A stretch of 64,000 nucleotides of DNA, taken from positions 2,169 through 66,168 of the forward strand of contig CALAMQ010000014.1 in NCBI GenBank assembly GCA_937925815.1, in the 5' to 3' direction. This DNA is from an uncultured Granulosicoccaceae bacterium (GTDB lineage Bacteria > Pseudomonadota > Gammaproteobacteria > CALCKW01). The first letter of the stretch is position 1, and each line of letters starts with the position of its first letter. The translations under genes were made by a program, and so were the position numbers. Shown here in pieces: positions 62,362 through 64,000 of the stretch. The notes beneath the pieces were generated by a model, which worked only from the letters and a program-made list of their open reading frames with translations, searched no databases and was not told where the DNA came from.

Positions 62362-63997
62362 AGACCCGCTCCTTGAAAGGTGTCACGCCATTGCGCTCGA
62401 CGAAGGCGTTGAAAGATTCATCGGGTTCGCGCTGCTCTGCGAACACCGCGAGAATGTCTTCGACGGTGGCCGCAACGCGGTCTTTGGCAATTGCCGGCCC
62501 GAGCCGTTTACCAATGCGGGCGCCCTCGGTTGAACGGCCGCCGAGTGTGAGCTGGTACCACTCGACACCTTTTTTCTCAACACCGAGTACACCGATGTCG
62601 GCGACATGGTGGTGACCGCAAGCATTCATGCAGCCCGACACACGCACCGTGATGCGCCCGAGATCGTGCAGGTAGTCGATGTTGTCGAAGGTGGCGTTAA
62701 TCTGGTCCCAAATCGCAATTGAGCTCGCGTTTGCAAGAGAGCAGAAGTCCAGACCTGGGCACACGATCATGTCGGTCAAGGTGTTGATGTTGGCGTAGGC
62801 GAGCTTGGCCGGTCCAAGCGCCGTCCAGAGCGCTGGCAGATCAGCTTCGGCGACGTGCGCGAGCACCAGGTTCTGGTCGTGCGTGGCGCGCAACTCGCCT
62901 TGACTGAACTGATCGCTGAGGTCTGCGACAAGCTGCATCTGGGCTGAGGTGATGTCGCCTGCGGGCTGCCCTGGGTGTTTGAGTGAGATAAACACCGAGC
63001 GGTAACCCGGGGATTTGTGCGCTTGCGTGTTCTGTTTGTACCAGCTTGTAAAAGCGTCACCGGTCTCTGCTTGCAAGGCGTCCAGCGGCACCGCGTCACG
63101 CGCCGGCAGTGTCACGGCAAACTGTGCCTTCAGATCAGCGACAGTGGCGTGGTCAGTTGTGGGCACTTGCTGTCGAGTTTGTTGCCACGCGGCGTCAACT
63201 TGTTCTTGAAAAGTGGCCAGACCAAGCGCATTGACGAGAATCTTGATGCGCGCTTTGTACATGTTGTCACGGCGGCCGTGGCGGTTGTACACGCGCAAGA
63301 TGGCTTCGAGGTAGGACAGCAAATCATCGGCTGGCAGTGCGTGAGCGATCTGCTTGCCAATGTGGGGCGTGCGACCGAGACCGCCACCGACGTACACGTC
63401 AAACACGGTGTCGCCTTTGGCGTTGTGCTTAATGCGAAGACCAATGTCATGGACTTCCACTGCCGCGCGGTCGTGGCTCGCGCCCGAGACGGCAATTTTG
63501 AACTTGCGCGGCAGCCAATTGAACTCGGGGTGGAAATTGGCCCACTGGCGGATCAGCTCGCACCACGGGCGCGGGTCTTCGAGCTCGTCGCGGCTGGCAC
63601 CGGCGAGCGGGTCGGTTGTGATGTTACGGATGCAATTGCCGCTGGTTTGGATCGCGTGCATGTCGACATCGGCGAGTGCTTGCATGACGTCTGGGGTGTC
63701 TTCCAGCGGAATCCAGTTGTATTGGATGTTCTGCCGAGTGGTCATGTGCCCAAAGCCGCGGTCCCACTTGGTGGCGATATCCGCCAGGGTGCGCAGCTGG
63801 GTGCTGCTCAATACGCCGTAAGGGATGGCCACGCGCAGCATCGGTGCGTGGCGCTGGACATAGAGCCCGTTGCGCAGGCGGAGTTGCTTGAATTCGTCTT
63901 CGTCGAGCTTGCCGTCGAGGTAACGCGACACTTGGCCACGGAACTGGTCGACACGGCGCTGTAACAGTGCGCGCTCTTCGACTGGGTAGTGGTACAC
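62345..63997 (-). CDS. cysI: Sulfite/nitrite reductase hemoprotein (Pseudomonas-type CysI)
   Basis: LRLRNGLY, TTRQN, LPRKFKIA and siroheme/Fe-S cysteines CPGLDFC and GCMNAC. Confidence 0.92.
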   Translation of the reverse strand: MYHYPVEERALLQRRVDQFRGQVSRYLDGKLDEDEFKQLRLRNGLYVQRHAPMLRVAIPYGVLSSTQLRTLADIATKWDRGFGHMTTRQNIQYNWIPLEDTPDVMQALADVDMHAIQTSGNCIRNITTDPLAGASRDELEDPRPWCELIRQWANFHPEFNWLPRKFKIAVSGASHDRAAVEVHDIGLRIKHNAKGDTVFDVYVGGGLGRTPHIGKQIAHALPADDLLSYLEAILRVYNRHGRRDNMYKARIKILVNALGLATFQEQVDAAWQQTRQQVPTTDHATVADLKAQFAVTLPARDAVPLDALQAETGDAFTSWYKQNTQAHKSPGYRSVFISLKHPGQPAGDITSAQMQLVADLSDQFSQGELRATHDQNLVLAHVAEADLPALWTALGPAKLAYANINTLTDMIVCPGLDFCSLANASSIAIWDQINATFDNIDYLHDLGRITVRVSGCMNACGHHHVADIGVLGVEKKGVEWYQLTLGGRSTEGARIGKRLGPAIAKDRVAATVEDILAVFAEQREPDESFNAFVERNGVTPFKERVYEAAA

Positions 63998-64000
63998 GAC

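Overview
Chromosomal replication-origin region of a Gammaproteobacterium of moderately high GC content, probably an environmental or marine lineage (inference). The core backbone is ibpA(partial) | beta-CASP nuclease | mnmE-yidC-yidD-rnpA-rpmH | dnaA-oriC-dnaN-recF-gyrB-prlC, ubiD, hemC-hemD-hemX-hemY, lptM-lysA-dapF-DUF484-xerC, hslVU, DUF971-ubiE-ubiJ-ubiB, uvrD, a TRAP transporter, LOG/polA, nhaA and cysI-DUF934-cysH-fpr. Cis elements read directly from the sequence include a DnaA-box/DnaA-trio oriC between dnaA and dnaN, two parS palindromes inside recF, a sigma32 promoter with a ROSE-like thermometer on ibpA, and candidate operators for a WYL regulator and for polA. Small accessory islets interrupt the usual xerC-hslVU-ubiE order. 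One holds a beta-propeller lipoprotein, a sulfotransferase and a FimW-like protein; the other holds a LysR/TauE pair and a LysR/DUF1127 pair. I found no rRNA, tRNA, CRISPR array, IS element or prophage, and I cannot demonstrate a new multi-gene system. The best leads are an orphan RhxxhE-rich coiled-coil gene behind mnmE, the xerC-hslV islet, a TRAP permease with a large extra helical domain, a phage-like HAD protein with a disordered tail, and a WYL-Rid module with paired operators. All family assignments come from motif recognition by eye, not database searches. Several start codons were adjusted by hand from the ORF track.
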